Source: Candidatus Latescibacterota bacterium (GTDB taxonomy: Bacteria > Latescibacterota > UBA2968 > UBA8231). Taken from it: DNA of 64,000 nt. Every line of letters begins with the position of its first letter. The first letter of the stretch is position 1. This document shows, in pieces, positions 9,740 to 19,490 of this stretch. Location: the NCBI GenBank assembly GCA_965203355.1, contig OZ241889.1:1152001-1216000 (forward strand), written 5' to 3'. Below the pieces are notes generated by a model. That model searched no databases, was not told the DNA's origin, and saw only the letters and a program-made list of their open reading frames with translations. A program made the position numbers and the translations under genes.

Positions 9740-11119
9740 TTGACGAATATACCTCCTTCCTCGCCAGAGGAAGCCTTGGTCGAAGGGGAAGTGCAGGAGC
9801 GGAGGGCCGCGCTCCGGTACACGGTTCAAGAAGCCTTTGCGGCCGAGGATGTAAGCACCCTGCGTCTCATCCTCAACGACTATCATCCTGCGGACTTAGC
9901 CGATTTGTTCCGCTATCTAAACGACGAGGAGCAGCCCGTCGCATTGCAGGCGTTGGCTGAGCCGCTGGCCGCAGCGGTCTTGGCCGAGATGGACGCGGAT
10001 GTCCTGCGCGAGGTGGCCGAGGATATACCGGCTGACGATTTGTCGGGATTGGTTGACGAGATGGCTCCCGACGATGCGGCCGATGTCTTGGGCGGCCTGT
10101 CTGAGGAGCAAAGTGCCGAAGTCCTCAATTTGCTCGTCGGCGAGGAAGCCGGTCAGGTGCGCGCGTTGTTGGCTCACCCCGAGGATACGGCCGGCGGGCT
10201 GATGACCTCGCGCTTTATCGCGGTGTCCGAGGATATGAGTGCCGGTCAAGCCATAGAGCAGGTGCGGGCTTGGGCCGAGGACGAAGACGAGGTGTTCTAT
10301 CTCTACTTGATCGACCAAGAGGGGCTGTTGAGTGGCTTGGTGCCGCTCAAGCGGTTGTTGTTGGCCGCGGCCGATGTTTTGGTTGGCTCCTTGGCCAAGC
10401 GCAATCCAATTGCCGTGCGCAGCGATATGGACCAAGAGGAGATCGCCTATATCTTCGCCGAGTACGATCTGTTGGTATTGCCGGTGGTGGATGATGTGGG
10501 GCGCTTGGTGGGCGTGGTTACTGTGGACGACATTTTCGACGTCCTCGAAGAGGAGACCACCGAGGACCTGTACGAGATGGCGGCCATTTCCTCGGAGGAG
10601 CGCACGGATCGTCCGGCTGTAGGCGTACTGCGGCTGCGGTTGCCATGGCTGTTGGTTTGCTTGGCGGGCACGTTGCTCGCGGGCGCGGTGATCAAGCACT
10701 TTGACGATACGCTTGCCCAGGTTCTTGCGCTGTCTTTTTTCGTGCCAGCGGTCATGGCCATGGGCGGCAATACGGGCATCCAGACCGCTACGGTGACCGT
10801 GCGGAGCTTGGCCATTGGTCAAGGGCAATGGGGTTTGGTGGGACGCGAACTGCGGGTGGCTTTAGGCTTGGGGAGTATGCTCGGGGTTTTGTCTTGGGGT
10901 GTGGCTAGCGGATGGACCGGCGACATGCGCTTGGGGGGATGCGTGGGGTTGGCGATGGGAGCGGCGGTGGTGCTGGCGGCGGTGATGGGTGCGGTGGTGC
11001 CGTTGGTTTTCCGTCGCATTGGGGTTGATCCGGCTGTGGCCTCGGGGCCGCTGATCACCACGCTCAACGACGGGTTGTCGCTGCTGTTGTATTTTGGCAT
11101 CGCGGCGTTTTTCTTATAG
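9740..11119 (+). CDS. mgtE: Magnesium transporter MgtE
   Basis: HPADLA, MAPDDAAD, TAGGLMT CBS pair, GGNTGIQT, DPAVASGPLITTLND; TTG start with AGGAG. Confidence 0.96.
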   Translation: MTNIPPSSPEEALVEGEVQERRAALRYTVQEAFAAEDVSTLRLILNDYHPADLADLFRYLNDEEQPVALQALAEPLAAAVLAEMDADVLREVAEDIPADDLSGLVDEMAPDDAADVLGGLSEEQSAEVLNLLVGEEAGQVRALLAHPEDTAGGLMTSRFIAVSEDMSAGQAIEQVRAWAEDEDEVFYLYLIDQEGLLSGLVPLKRLLLAAADVLVGSLAKRNPIAVRSDMDQEEIAYIFAEYDLLVLPVVDDVGRLVGVVTVDDIFDVLEEETTEDLYEMAAISSEERTDRPAVGVLRLRLPWLLVCLAGTLLAGAVIKHFDDTLAQVLALSFFVPAVMAMGGNTGIQTATVTVRSLAIGQGQWGLVGRELRVALGLGSMLGVLSWGVASGWTGDMRLGGCVGLAMGAAVVLAAVMGAVVPLVFRRIGVDPAVASGPLITTLNDGLSLLLYFGIAAFFL

Positions 11120-11172
11120 CCAGCTATGAACGCGACTATCAAAGCAATGCCGGGCCGCGGGATGGAGCGCAA

Positions 11173-11856
11173 GTGAAACTAATCGTTACCAACGACGACG
11201 GCGTCGAAGCAGAGGGGCTGCAAACCCTAGTCCGTCTGGCGTCGCGGTGGGGCGAGGTCGTCGTCGTCGCGCCGGCCGAGCCTCAGTCCGGCGTTGGACA
11301 TCAGTTGACGACCGATAGGCCCATTCGCGTTGACAAACTGACAGAAGCACGCTACCGGATATGGGGAACGCCCGCCGACTGTTCTCGTCTGGCCCTCAAC
11401 TGCCTAGCGTCCGACGGCGACTGGGTGCTTTCTGGGATCAATCACGGCGGCAATCTGGGGGTGGATGTGTACGAATCCGGCACGGTAGCCGCCGCCAGAG
11501 AGGCGGCCATTCACGGTTGTAAGGCTGTCGCCTTGTCCCACTATACCGTAAAAGGTCGGTCGGTCGATTGGCCGTTGGCCGCCGAGCGGCTCCGGCCGGT
11601 TTTGGACGACTTGCTGAACGGGCCGCTGGAGTCTGGATATGTTCTGAACGTGAATCTGCCCCATCCCGAACACGACCGGACGTGCCTTGAAACGAAACAC
11701 GCCCCGGTGGACCCAAGCCCCCACCGAACCACATTCTCGCAAACCGATGCTGGCTTTTTATATACGGGAATCTATCAGGAGCGCTGGAGACAACTCGGCA
11801 GCGATGTGGATCTCTGTTTCAAGGGGCATATCTCGCTGTCGAAAATCGCCGTTTGA
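11173..11856 (+). CDS. surE: 5'/3'-nucleotidase SurE
   Basis: TNDDG, QSGVGH, GTPADC, SGINHGGNLG, SGTVAAA. Confidence 0.93.
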   Translation: MKLIVTNDDGVEAEGLQTLVRLASRWGEVVVVAPAEPQSGVGHQLTTDRPIRVDKLTEARYRIWGTPADCSRLALNCLASDGDWVLSGINHGGNLGVDVYESGTVAAAREAAIHGCKAVALSHYTVKGRSVDWPLAAERLRPVLDDLLNGPLESGYVLNVNLPHPEHDRTCLETKHAPVDPSPHRTTFSQTDAGFLYTGIYQERWRQLGSDVDLCFKGHISLSKIAV

Positions 11857-11948
11857 ATGCGTCTCATGCTTTGGCAGCCAAGCAACAGAGCGTATGATAG
11901 CTATCGAAGCGCGTGCGTCCGCGCACCGGCGCAAAGGAGATGAGAATA

Positions 11949-12164
11949 ATGCCACGGCGAATTGCCATTGTGGGTGGAGGCATTTCAGGGCTGGGTGCCG
12001 TATGGGCACTGCACCAGCCCCCGGACCGTTTTGATTTCCGACTGTTCGAGGCTAACGAACATATCGGCGGAAACGCCATTACCGCCGATATGCCGCCAAA
12101 CAGCGGCGGCTCAATCTCCTTCGACATCTCGGTGACCGCCTGCATCCCTAAGAAGCCTTTTTAA
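11949..12164 (+). pseudogene. Truncated FAD-dependent oxidoreductase (amine oxidase-like)
   Basis: IAIVGGGISGLGA...LFEANEHIGGNA dinucleotide-binding start; ends inside the MITE. Confidence 0.75.
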
Positions 12165-12250
12165 AATTCTCGTCGGACTCCTTCAACGGGCGTCGAGAGG
12201 TTCCTAAGTCGGGCGTTTTCCGAGCGGCTTTAAACAAGTAAAAAGGCTTC
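12152..12250. mobile_element. 99-bp MITE with terminal inverted repeats and TAA target duplication
   Basis: TAA|GAAGCCTTTTTA...TAAAAAGGCTTC|TAA; about 75 bp homologous (inverted) to the element at 33824-33967. Confidence 0.8.
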
Positions 12251-12332
12251 TAACAAACCTTAGCGGTTGCCTGAACACGCTAAAAAGCCACCTGAATTTA
12301 GGTTGATCGACAAAACACGGCGGAGCAAAGCG

Positions 12333-13505
12333 ATGAAAATAGCCGATGTCAAAGCGTTCCCATTGCGGATTAGTAAACAGGCCGATGAGCAATCGGCGGG
12401 GCTCTCGCGGCCACCGACGATCGAGGTCGGCGATTACTTTGTGGATCGCACGGCGTTCACGACGATCTACTCGCCCCATCACGAGACCACCGTTATCCGG
12501 GTTGAAACGGACCATGGGCTCGTCGGGTGGGGTGAAGCGCAGTCGCCGGTGTCGCCGAATACGACTGCGACAATAGTGCGCGAATTGGTGCGACCCTTGG
12601 TGGTGGGACGCGATCCGTTCGACATTGAGGCGATTTGGACGCGCAACTATGGGGCGATGCGAGAGCGCGGACATCCGACGGGTTTCTACATTGACGCGCT
12701 CGGCGGGACGGACATCGCGTTGTGGGACATCGTGGGCAAGGCCGTCGGAAAGCCGGTACACAAAATTGCGGGTGGGCGCTATCGAGATGCGATCTTGCTC
12801 TACGCGGGGATTGGCGGCACGGATCCAATGAAGGTTGCAGACGCGGCTGAGGAGCATGTGGGCTATGGGTACAAGGCGCTGAAGTTGCATTTGTTGTTGG
12901 ATGTGGAGGGCGTCGTGGAGATTTGCCGTGCCGTGCGGCAGCGCGTGGGGCCGGGCATCATGCTGATGGTCGATACGCACATGCGGCAGACGGTCGCTAG
13001 CTCGATACGGCTGGGCCGCGAGTTGGAGAAGCTAAACTTCACTTGGCTGGAGGCACCGATCGTACCGGACGATATACCGGGTCAGGCGGAGATAACTCGA
13101 GCGTTGGACATGGCGGTGGCGATAGGGGAATGGACGCGCACTCGCTATGAGATGCGAGAGCAGTTTGAGCGTCGAGCGTACGACATTTTGATGCACGACA
13201 TCGCGCGGACGGGGATTACCGAGGGGCACCGGATTGCGACGCTGGCCGACACCTACAACATTCCGGTCGCGCCGCATGTCGGAGGGGGTGGGATCCTGTC
13301 GGTGGCGGCAACGGTCGAATGGTCGGCATCGTGTCCAAATTTCGCGATCATGGAGCACAGCCACCACGCCAACGCGGTCAAGAGTCAAATACTCAAGGAG
13401 CCGTACGAACCCGAAAACGGCTACTACAAGGTTGCGGATCGGCCGGGTTTGGGGGTTGAGGTGGATGAGGCGGCGTTGGCGACGTACGCGTTTCCGGGGA
13501 GTTGA
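12333..13505 (+). CDS. Mandelate racemase/muconate lactonizing enzyme family
   Basis: GLVGWGE, DIALWDIVGK, KxH, MVD, WLEAP, GE, APH, RPGLGVE. Confidence 0.92.
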   Translation: MKIADVKAFPLRISKQADEQSAGLSRPPTIEVGDYFVDRTAFTTIYSPHHETTVIRVETDHGLVGWGEAQSPVSPNTTATIVRELVRPLVVGRDPFDIEAIWTRNYGAMRERGHPTGFYIDALGGTDIALWDIVGKAVGKPVHKIAGGRYRDAILLYAGIGGTDPMKVADAAEEHVGYGYKALKLHLLLDVEGVVEICRAVRQRVGPGIMLMVDTHMRQTVASSIRLGRELEKLNFTWLEAPIVPDDIPGQAEITRALDMAVAIGEWTRTRYEMREQFERRAYDILMHDIARTGITEGHRIATLADTYNIPVAPHVGGGGILSVAATVEWSASCPNFAIMEHSHHANAVKSQILKEPYEPENGYYKVADRPGLGVEVDEAALATYAFPGS

Positions 13506-13617
13506 GCTTGGCCCGCTGACTGGTGCTTCGCGAAAAAAATGGTACGACTCCAAAGCCGAAGCCCCTGGTCGGCAGCCTTGCGAGGCCGTGCCCGCAACGA
13601 ATTAAAAAAGGAGAAGT

Positions 13618-14421
13618 ATGGAGGATTTAAAGGCTCTAATGATCGTTTTTGCCGGCTGCGTTATGCACGCCGTCCCCGGGCTGGCGCGGTCGGCTGATGA
13701 TGAGAGCGAGGGATACGTCGGCACTATGGTGGCTGTCATTTTGGGTCAGGACCTGCACCATAAAACGGCTTTTATCACCCCTGATAGTACAGAGTTGACG
13801 GTTTCGAGCCATCTCGTTATTGATTACGGAATTGGGTTTGCGGCCGTTGCGGGAAAAGGCATTTCCGATTACACGGCACTTGAATTTACCGGCTCTTGGG
13901 CGAGGCTGCCATCCCATCTCGACGTTCCCCTTCCCTTGCCGCCCCTGTTTGCCGAAGGGCTCTCCCAAAATGGTTTTGAGCTACCTAGCGGTTTCAACTA
14001 TGACGGGAAAACAGTGATACTACAGTCGAAGGTTGATCTTTTGCTTTTCCCGATAAAGATGGCCACGAGTCCCAGCGATGGCGCGAAGCCTTACTTGGGG
14101 GGAGGCTTGGGAATCGTGCGATCGCACCTAGATTTGGATATTGAAAAGGAGGGGTCGCAGGCCGTTATCGAGGCTTTAGGGGAGTTTGCCGAATTGATTG
14201 CCGAAAATCTCGCCAGACACATTCCCGAAAATCTCGCGGAACTTATTCCCGAAAAGATAGACGAAAAAGAAATCGATTTTCAATTGACCCTGCGCGCAGG
14301 TGTAAACATGCCTTTCAACAACATGGACTTAGATTTGGGATGGCAGTTTTATAGAACGTACGTTAATGGAGAAGACAACAACTCCCATGTGGCGAGCGGC
14401 ATCCTGAAGTACGTTTTTTAA
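13618..14421 (+). CDS. Outer-membrane beta-barrel protein
   Basis: Signal peptide, KPYLGGGLG, terminal LKYVF; internal ENLA repeat. Confidence 0.7.
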   Translation: MEDLKALMIVFAGCVMHAVPGLARSADDESEGYVGTMVAVILGQDLHHKTAFITPDSTELTVSSHLVIDYGIGFAAVAGKGISDYTALEFTGSWARLPSHLDVPLPLPPLFAEGLSQNGFELPSGFNYDGKTVILQSKVDLLLFPIKMATSPSDGAKPYLGGGLGIVRSHLDLDIEKEGSQAVIEALGEFAELIAENLARHIPENLAELIPEKIDEKEIDFQLTLRAGVNMPFNNMDLDLGWQFYRTYVNGEDNNSHVASGILKYVF

Positions 14422-14522
14422 GCGGCTGCGATCTCTGCGCCTTGAAATGATTGAAGTGATGGACGCGCATTGCTCCGAGTGAGAGCTCGGCCTATATTGG
14501 TAACAGTAGCGAGTATATAACT

Positions 14523-14604
14523 TCCGTTGGGGGTGGTCCGATGGCGGGCCTGAGATTGAGACCCTTCGAACCTAAACTGGATCGTGCCAGCCTAGGGAAA
14601 CGGA
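14523..14604 (+). promoter_or_regulatory. Variant or degenerate TPP riboswitch aptamer
   Basis: P1 tccgtt/aacgga, GGGG, CTGAGA, ACCC intact; ACCTAA for ACCTGA and GCCTAGG for GCGTAGG. Confidence 0.85.
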
Positions 14605-14614
14605 TGCCGGACGC

Positions 14615-14646
14615 ACCGCTGGCCCATCTGGGGCGAGCGGTTTTTT
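14615..14646 (+). terminator. Intrinsic terminator of riboswitch copy 1
   Basis: accgctggccc-loop-gggcgagcggt followed by a T run. Confidence 0.75.
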
Positions 14647-14782
14647 ATGCGCCTGCGACGGAGTCATTCCGCAAGGCACCTTTTCTTGCAAACTGGGGCG
14701 ATAAGTGTGTATCATCCGAGCCTTCGTCGCTCCTACCGACGAAGAGGTTGCTTTATATGCCTTAATTAGTGATAGGATTCAG

Positions 14783-15820
14783 ATGATGATAAAAAAGCAA
14801 GCTACCATTAAAGATGTTGCACGGGAGTTGCAGATTTCGCATTCAACCGTCTCACGGGCACTATCTGCGGATCGGAAGGTGTCGGCACTAGTGAAGGAGG
14901 AGACTCGAAAACGGGTGCAGCAAGTAGCCGCCGAGCTTGACTATATTCCCAATTTTATAGCGCAGGGGTTTGTAACGGGGAAGACGGGTACCTTGGGTCT
15001 GCTGACCTATCAGATTTCCCTAGAGATGTTTGGCCGTCAGACTAATCAGATTTTGCAGGAGGCTGATAAGCAGAAGTATCGCATTCTGATGGGCATGGCC
15101 CCTAACCGGTTTCAGGAGTTGCCACTAGAGGATCAAACTTTGCAGATAAAGCAGTTGCTTTCCCGGGGCATAGACGGACTCTTGATTCACACCCGGGGCG
15201 ACCGAGGAGAGGCCGAGCGCATTTTAAGCACCGTGCAGGGACGAATGCCGGTGGTGACTTTTACCGATCCGATTCAAAGTTTGAGTGGAGTCGTGTTGGA
15301 AGAGATAACGAGTTTTTGCGAGGCCACCGAGTATTTGATCCGTCTGGGGCACGAGCGGATCGGGTTTATCGGGACGGACTGGAGTAAGAACCTCGTGGGT
15401 TCAGCCAAGGGCAAGGGGTATATGCTAGCGATGCAAAAGCACGGCTTGACTCCCAAACGCATACCTAGCAAAACCTTTCCCAAAAAACCGACACATCGCT
15501 TAGGGGAAAGGCTGGGCGACCGATTTACAGCTCTTGTGTGCCGAAACGATTACGAGGCCATAATCGCTTGTCACGGACTAAGGGCAGCGGGCTTTCGCGT
15601 CCCCGAGGATGTAGCTGTGGTGGGAAACGGCGATCTGGATTTGGCAGCGTATGTGACACCGGCACTGACGACTTTGGCAATTCCCTACGCGGCGATTGCC
15701 CAGGCGGCGATGGAGTTAATGCTGGAACAGCTTGCAGGGAAGCAGGACGAGCCTCGGCAAGTAGTCTTGAAATCGTCGCTGGTCGTGCGGGAATCTTGTG
15801 GGGCGAACAACAAGAAATAA
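14783..15820 (+). CDS. LacI-family transcriptional regulator
   Basis: TIKDVARELQISHSTVSRAL HTH; GHERIGF, VPEDVAVVG, PALTT, LVVRESC. Confidence 0.93.
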   Translation: MMIKKQATIKDVARELQISHSTVSRALSADRKVSALVKEETRKRVQQVAAELDYIPNFIAQGFVTGKTGTLGLLTYQISLEMFGRQTNQILQEADKQKYRILMGMAPNRFQELPLEDQTLQIKQLLSRGIDGLLIHTRGDRGEAERILSTVQGRMPVVTFTDPIQSLSGVVLEEITSFCEATEYLIRLGHERIGFIGTDWSKNLVGSAKGKGYMLAMQKHGLTPKRIPSKTFPKKPTHRLGERLGDRFTALVCRNDYEAIIACHGLRAAGFRVPEDVAVVGNGDLDLAAYVTPALTTLAIPYAAIAQAAMELMLEQLAGKQDEPRQVVLKSSLVVRESCGANNKK

Positions 15821-15973
15821 GCGGAACACTAACTTGACACGGTAGAGTGAAAGGATAGATTTATCGCTCTAAATGCAAACGTGTGAATATAAGAATATCA
15901 TTCGATTGCTGAGTTGAATATTGATATTGACATGGTGTTACCCTCCGGGGACTTTTTTTAGTACTGAAAGCCG

Positions 15974-16912
15974 ATGAAGCCAGTCAATATGCTTGCAGTA
16001 AATGGTCGGATCCATAAAGGAGTTTTTAGCCAGTTGATAACGCAAGGGATTGTAACAGAGAGGACGGGTACTTTAGGTCTGCTGGCCTGCGAGGTTTTCG
16101 GATCTGTGTTAGGCCGGCAGATCGATCACATTTTGCAGGCAGCGTACAAGCGGAACTATCAGGTCGTGATGGGCCCGATGCATCTGACCCGATTGGACGA
16201 CCAGGCCATACAGGTCGAGGAATTGCTTTCCCAAGGCATAGACGGATTCTTGATTCGGACGCGGGGTGCCAAAGGAGAATTCGCGCACATTTTGCAGACC
16301 ATAAAGAGGCGTGTGCCGGTGGTGACGTTTCACAATCCAACGCAAGTGAGTGGAGTCGTGCTGGACGATACAACGAGTTTTTGCGAGGCCACCGAGCATT
16401 TGATCCGGTTGGGGCACGAGCGGGTTGGGTTTATCGGTGCCGATTGGGACCAGAGCCGCACGGGGTCAGCCAAGGGTAAGGGGTATCTGCTGGCAATGCA
16501 AAAGCACGGATTGATTCCCAAACGCATACCCAGCGAAATCAGCACAGAATCGGGGTATCGCTTGGGCAAAAGACTGGGCGATGGTCTTTTTACGGCCCTT
16601 GTGTGCCGGAACGACTATACGGCGATAGGCGTTTGTCGCGGGCTACAGGAAGCAGGGATTCGCGTACCCGAGGATGTGGCTGTGGTGGGGAGTGGTGCTA
16701 TCGACATGGGGGAATATGTGACACCAGCGCTGACGACCTTGGCGACTCCTTATGAGGCGATTGCCGAGGCGGCAATGGAGTTGATGCTGGAACAGCTTGC
16801 GGGGAGGCTGGATGATCCGCGGCAAATAACCTTGAAATCGCCGCTGGTCGTCCGGGAATCCTGCGGGGCACACCAAAAAAATAATCGCAAGGACGCGCAT
16901 TGCCCCGAGTGA
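15974..16912 (+). CDS. LacI-family paralogue lacking the HTH domain
   Basis: Closely similar to 14783..15820 from QG(F/I)VT onward; no HTH; putative promoter TTGACA-16 bp-TAGATT near 15834-15861. Confidence 0.75.
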   Translation: MKPVNMLAVNGRIHKGVFSQLITQGIVTERTGTLGLLACEVFGSVLGRQIDHILQAAYKRNYQVVMGPMHLTRLDDQAIQVEELLSQGIDGFLIRTRGAKGEFAHILQTIKRRVPVVTFHNPTQVSGVVLDDTTSFCEATEHLIRLGHERVGFIGADWDQSRTGSAKGKGYLLAMQKHGLIPKRIPSEISTESGYRLGKRLGDGLFTALVCRNDYTAIGVCRGLQEAGIRVPEDVAVVGSGAIDMGEYVTPALTTLATPYEAIAEAAMELMLEQLAGRLDDPRQITLKSPLVVRESCGAHQKNNRKDAHCPE

Positions 16913-16949
16913 GGGCGTGTTCTATATTGTAGAGACATTGAATATAGCT

Positions 16950-17031
16950 TCCGTTGGGGGTGGTCCGATAGCGGGCCTGAGATTGAGACCCTTCGAACCT
17001 GAACTGGATCGTGCCAGCGTAGGGAAACGGA
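16950..17031 (+). promoter_or_regulatory. TPP riboswitch (canonical)
   Basis: GGGG...CTGAGA...ACCC...ACCTGAACTGGATCGTGCCAGCGTAGGGAA; upstream of a TonB receptor and thiN. Confidence 0.96.
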
Positions 17032-17052
17032 TGCCGTACGCACCGCGTACGC

Positions 17053-17085
17053 ACCGCTGGCCCTTCTGGGGCGAGCGGTTTTTTT
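17053..17085 (+). terminator. Riboswitch terminator
   Basis: accgctggccc-loop-gggcgagcgg + T7. Confidence 0.8.
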
Positions 17086-17135
17086 GTGCCCTTCGACGGA
17101 GTCATTCCGCAGATGAAAAACGAGGGAGCCTATCC

Positions 17136-19487
17136 ATGAAAATTTCACTATCATCGGTCCGCTTGCTGGCCGGTTTATTGACGCTGTCGGCGTTGTCGCT
17201 GGCGCAGGCCGAGGAAGTGCCCGGCCGAGTGTTGGACGCGGCCACCGGGCATCCTTTGGCCGGGGCCAATGTGCAGGCCGGGAGCGCGGCTACTACTACG
17301 GATGCTCAGGGCCGCTTCAAGGTGGAGGCGGCCTTGGGCGATTCTATTACCATTTCCTACATCGGCTACCAGCGCGTGCGAGTGGCGGTCGTCTCGCCCT
17401 TGGTCGTGGCCTTGGAGCGCGAAATTTTGCCAGCGCCTGAGGTGGTAGTCGAAGGCGGTTTGGTGCGCCAGCGACTCGACCGCTTAGCCGCGAGCGTCAC
17501 GGTGGTAGAGGGGGACCGCTCGCGGACTAGCGGGGCCGGTCACTTGCAAGACGCAACCCATGCCGTGCCCAATTTGAATTGGGCTGGCGGCTCATCGCGG
17601 CCGCGCTATTTCCAGATCCGGGGCATTGGCGAGCGCAGCCATTACGCGGGCGAAGGGCCGCCCAGTTTTTCAGTGGGATTCGTCATGGACGACGTCGATT
17701 TGAGCGGCATGGGCACGGCCGGGTTGCTCTTTGACGTCGATCAGGTCGAAGTTTTCAAAGGCCCTCAGTCGACCATTTTTGGCCCCAACGCCTTGGCCGG
17801 ACTGATTAACTTGCGCTCGGCCGACCCCCAGCCGGAGTTTGCCGGAGCGGGCAGTGCCGAGATGGGCAGCGATGGTTTAGGGCGTTTTTCCGGGGCGGTC
17901 AACCTGCCAGTAGGCGCCGATTTGGCGCTGCGCGTGGGGTACGAGAACGGCCGGGCCAACGGCTTTCGCTCCAACGCTTTTCTCGATGCCGACGATACCA
18001 ATGCCCGGCGCGAGCAGTTGCTGCGCGCCAAGGTCGGCTGGACCCCAGCGGTTGGTCCCGAGGTGTTAGGTACCTTCTTTTGGGCTGATATGGATAACGG
18101 ATACGACGCTTGGGCACCCGACAACAACGAGGATTTGACCACTTACGCTGACAGGCCGGGCAAGGATCGCCAGCAGACGACAGGGGCCTCGCTCAAGAGT
18201 GCTTGGGAGCTAGGGGCGACCGGGGCTGAGTTCGTCGCGATTACCGCATTTTCGCGCAGCAAGTTGGAGCACAGTTTCGACGGCGATTGGGGCAACGACG
18301 AGTACTGGCTGCGTGCGCCGTACGAATTCGACCCAGCAGTCGAGGGGTGGAGTTACGACTTTTTCGACCGCAATGGGCGCGACCGCACGGTGGTGAGCCA
18401 AGAGGCCCGGCTCTTGGTCGAGGAACTGGTGGTAGGGGCCTATTGGAAGCGGCTCGAAGAGGAAGACCAGGCCGAGGGCTATTTGTTCGGCGGCGACGCC
18501 ACCGAGCTGAACGGACGCTACGAAATCGACAACCTCGCTTTTTACGGTCAGTACGGGTTGGCCTTGGGCGAAAAGTTGCGGCTGGAAGTCAATGCGCGGC
18601 TCGACCGCAACGACACGGCCTATGAAGGAACGACCGCGAATGACGGCGCCGATAGCACCAGCACTGCGTTCGCCGTTGATCAATGGTTGGGCGGCGGCAA
18701 AGCGGCCCTCAGTTACACTTGGCGTTTGGGCCATACTTTATACGCTTCGGCCTCGCGTGGCTACCGCTCGGGCGGGGTCAACCAGCATCCGTACTTGGCG
18801 GCGGCGAACCGCCCCTACGACCCCGAGCACATCGTCAATCTCGAACTCGGCTGGCGGCTCAGCGGGCCGCGCTCTTCCATCGGACTGACTCTGTTCCACG
18901 CGCTGCGCTCGGACCAGCAGGTCGAGCTGTCGAGCCAGCAGGATCCGGGCGACCCCAACAGCTTCTTTTACTTTACGGCCAATGCCGGCAAAGGCCGCAA
19001 CAGCGGCTTGGAATGGGAGCATACTGTCCGCCTCTTGCCCCAAGTCGAACTCTTCGGCTCAGTGGGCTTGCTCACTACGCACGTTGATACGTACACCTTC
19101 CCCACGGAAGATGGGGCAGTAACGCTGGGGGACCGGGCCGCCGCCCACGCGCCCAACTACACCTTCAGCGTGGGCGGTGCCTATCGCCATCAGTCGGGTT
19201 TGGGGGCGCGCTTGGTCCTGACCGGCATGGACCAATTCTTCTACTCCGATAGCCACGACCAAGTCTCGGAGCCGTACCAATTGGTCAACGCCCATATTGC
19301 CTACGAGCGGGAAGCGTGGTCTGTGCAGCTATGGGGCCGCAACGTGCTCGACAAGCGCTATGGGGTGCGGGGTTTCTACTTTGGCTTGGAACCGCCGGAT
19401 TATGCTGACAAGCTGTACGAAACCCATGGCGATCCGCGCCAAGTCGGCGTGCGGCTGACGACGCAATTTTCTTCTTTGGGGAACTAA
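17136..19487 (+). CDS. TonB-dependent receptor, probable thiamine uptake
   Basis: Signal peptide, carboxypeptidase-regulatory-like N-domain, FQIRGIG, VEVFKGPQSTIFG, WGRNVLD; under a TPP riboswitch. Confidence 0.9.
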   Translation: MKISLSSVRLLAGLLTLSALSLAQAEEVPGRVLDAATGHPLAGANVQAGSAATTTDAQGRFKVEAALGDSITISYIGYQRVRVAVVSPLVVALEREILPAPEVVVEGGLVRQRLDRLAASVTVVEGDRSRTSGAGHLQDATHAVPNLNWAGGSSRPRYFQIRGIGERSHYAGEGPPSFSVGFVMDDVDLSGMGTAGLLFDVDQVEVFKGPQSTIFGPNALAGLINLRSADPQPEFAGAGSAEMGSDGLGRFSGAVNLPVGADLALRVGYENGRANGFRSNAFLDADDTNARREQLLRAKVGWTPAVGPEVLGTFFWADMDNGYDAWAPDNNEDLTTYADRPGKDRQQTTGASLKSAWELGATGAEFVAITAFSRSKLEHSFDGDWGNDEYWLRAPYEFDPAVEGWSYDFFDRNGRDRTVVSQEARLLVEELVVGAYWKRLEEEDQAEGYLFGGDATELNGRYEIDNLAFYGQYGLALGEKLRLEVNARLDRNDTAYEGTTANDGADSTSTAFAVDQWLGGGKAALSYTWRLGHTLYASASRGYRSGGVNQHPYLAAANRPYDPEHIVNLELGWRLSGPRSSIGLTLFHALRSDQQVELSSQQDPGDPNSFFYFTANAGKGRNSGLEWEHTVRLLPQVELFGSVGLLTTHVDTYTFPTEDGAVTLGDRAAAHAPNYTFSVGGAYRHQSGLGARLVLTGMDQFFYSDSHDQVSEPYQLVNAHIAYEREAWSVQLWGRNVLDKRYGVRGFYFGLEPPDYADKLYETHGDPRQVGVRLTTQFSSLGN

Positions 19488-19490
19488 ACC

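Larger units (their letters stand above)
14461..14673 (+). repeat. Duplicated promoter + TPP riboswitch + terminator block (copy 1)
   Basis: Aligns with 16891-17111 from ggacgcgcattgc to gtcattccgca; both have TTGC(T/C)C-17 bp-TATATT. Confidence 0.93.

Noticed and set aside
16917-17135. 73-aa N-terminal extension of the TonB receptor ORF
   Set aside because: It runs through the riboswitch; the signal peptide starts at 17136.
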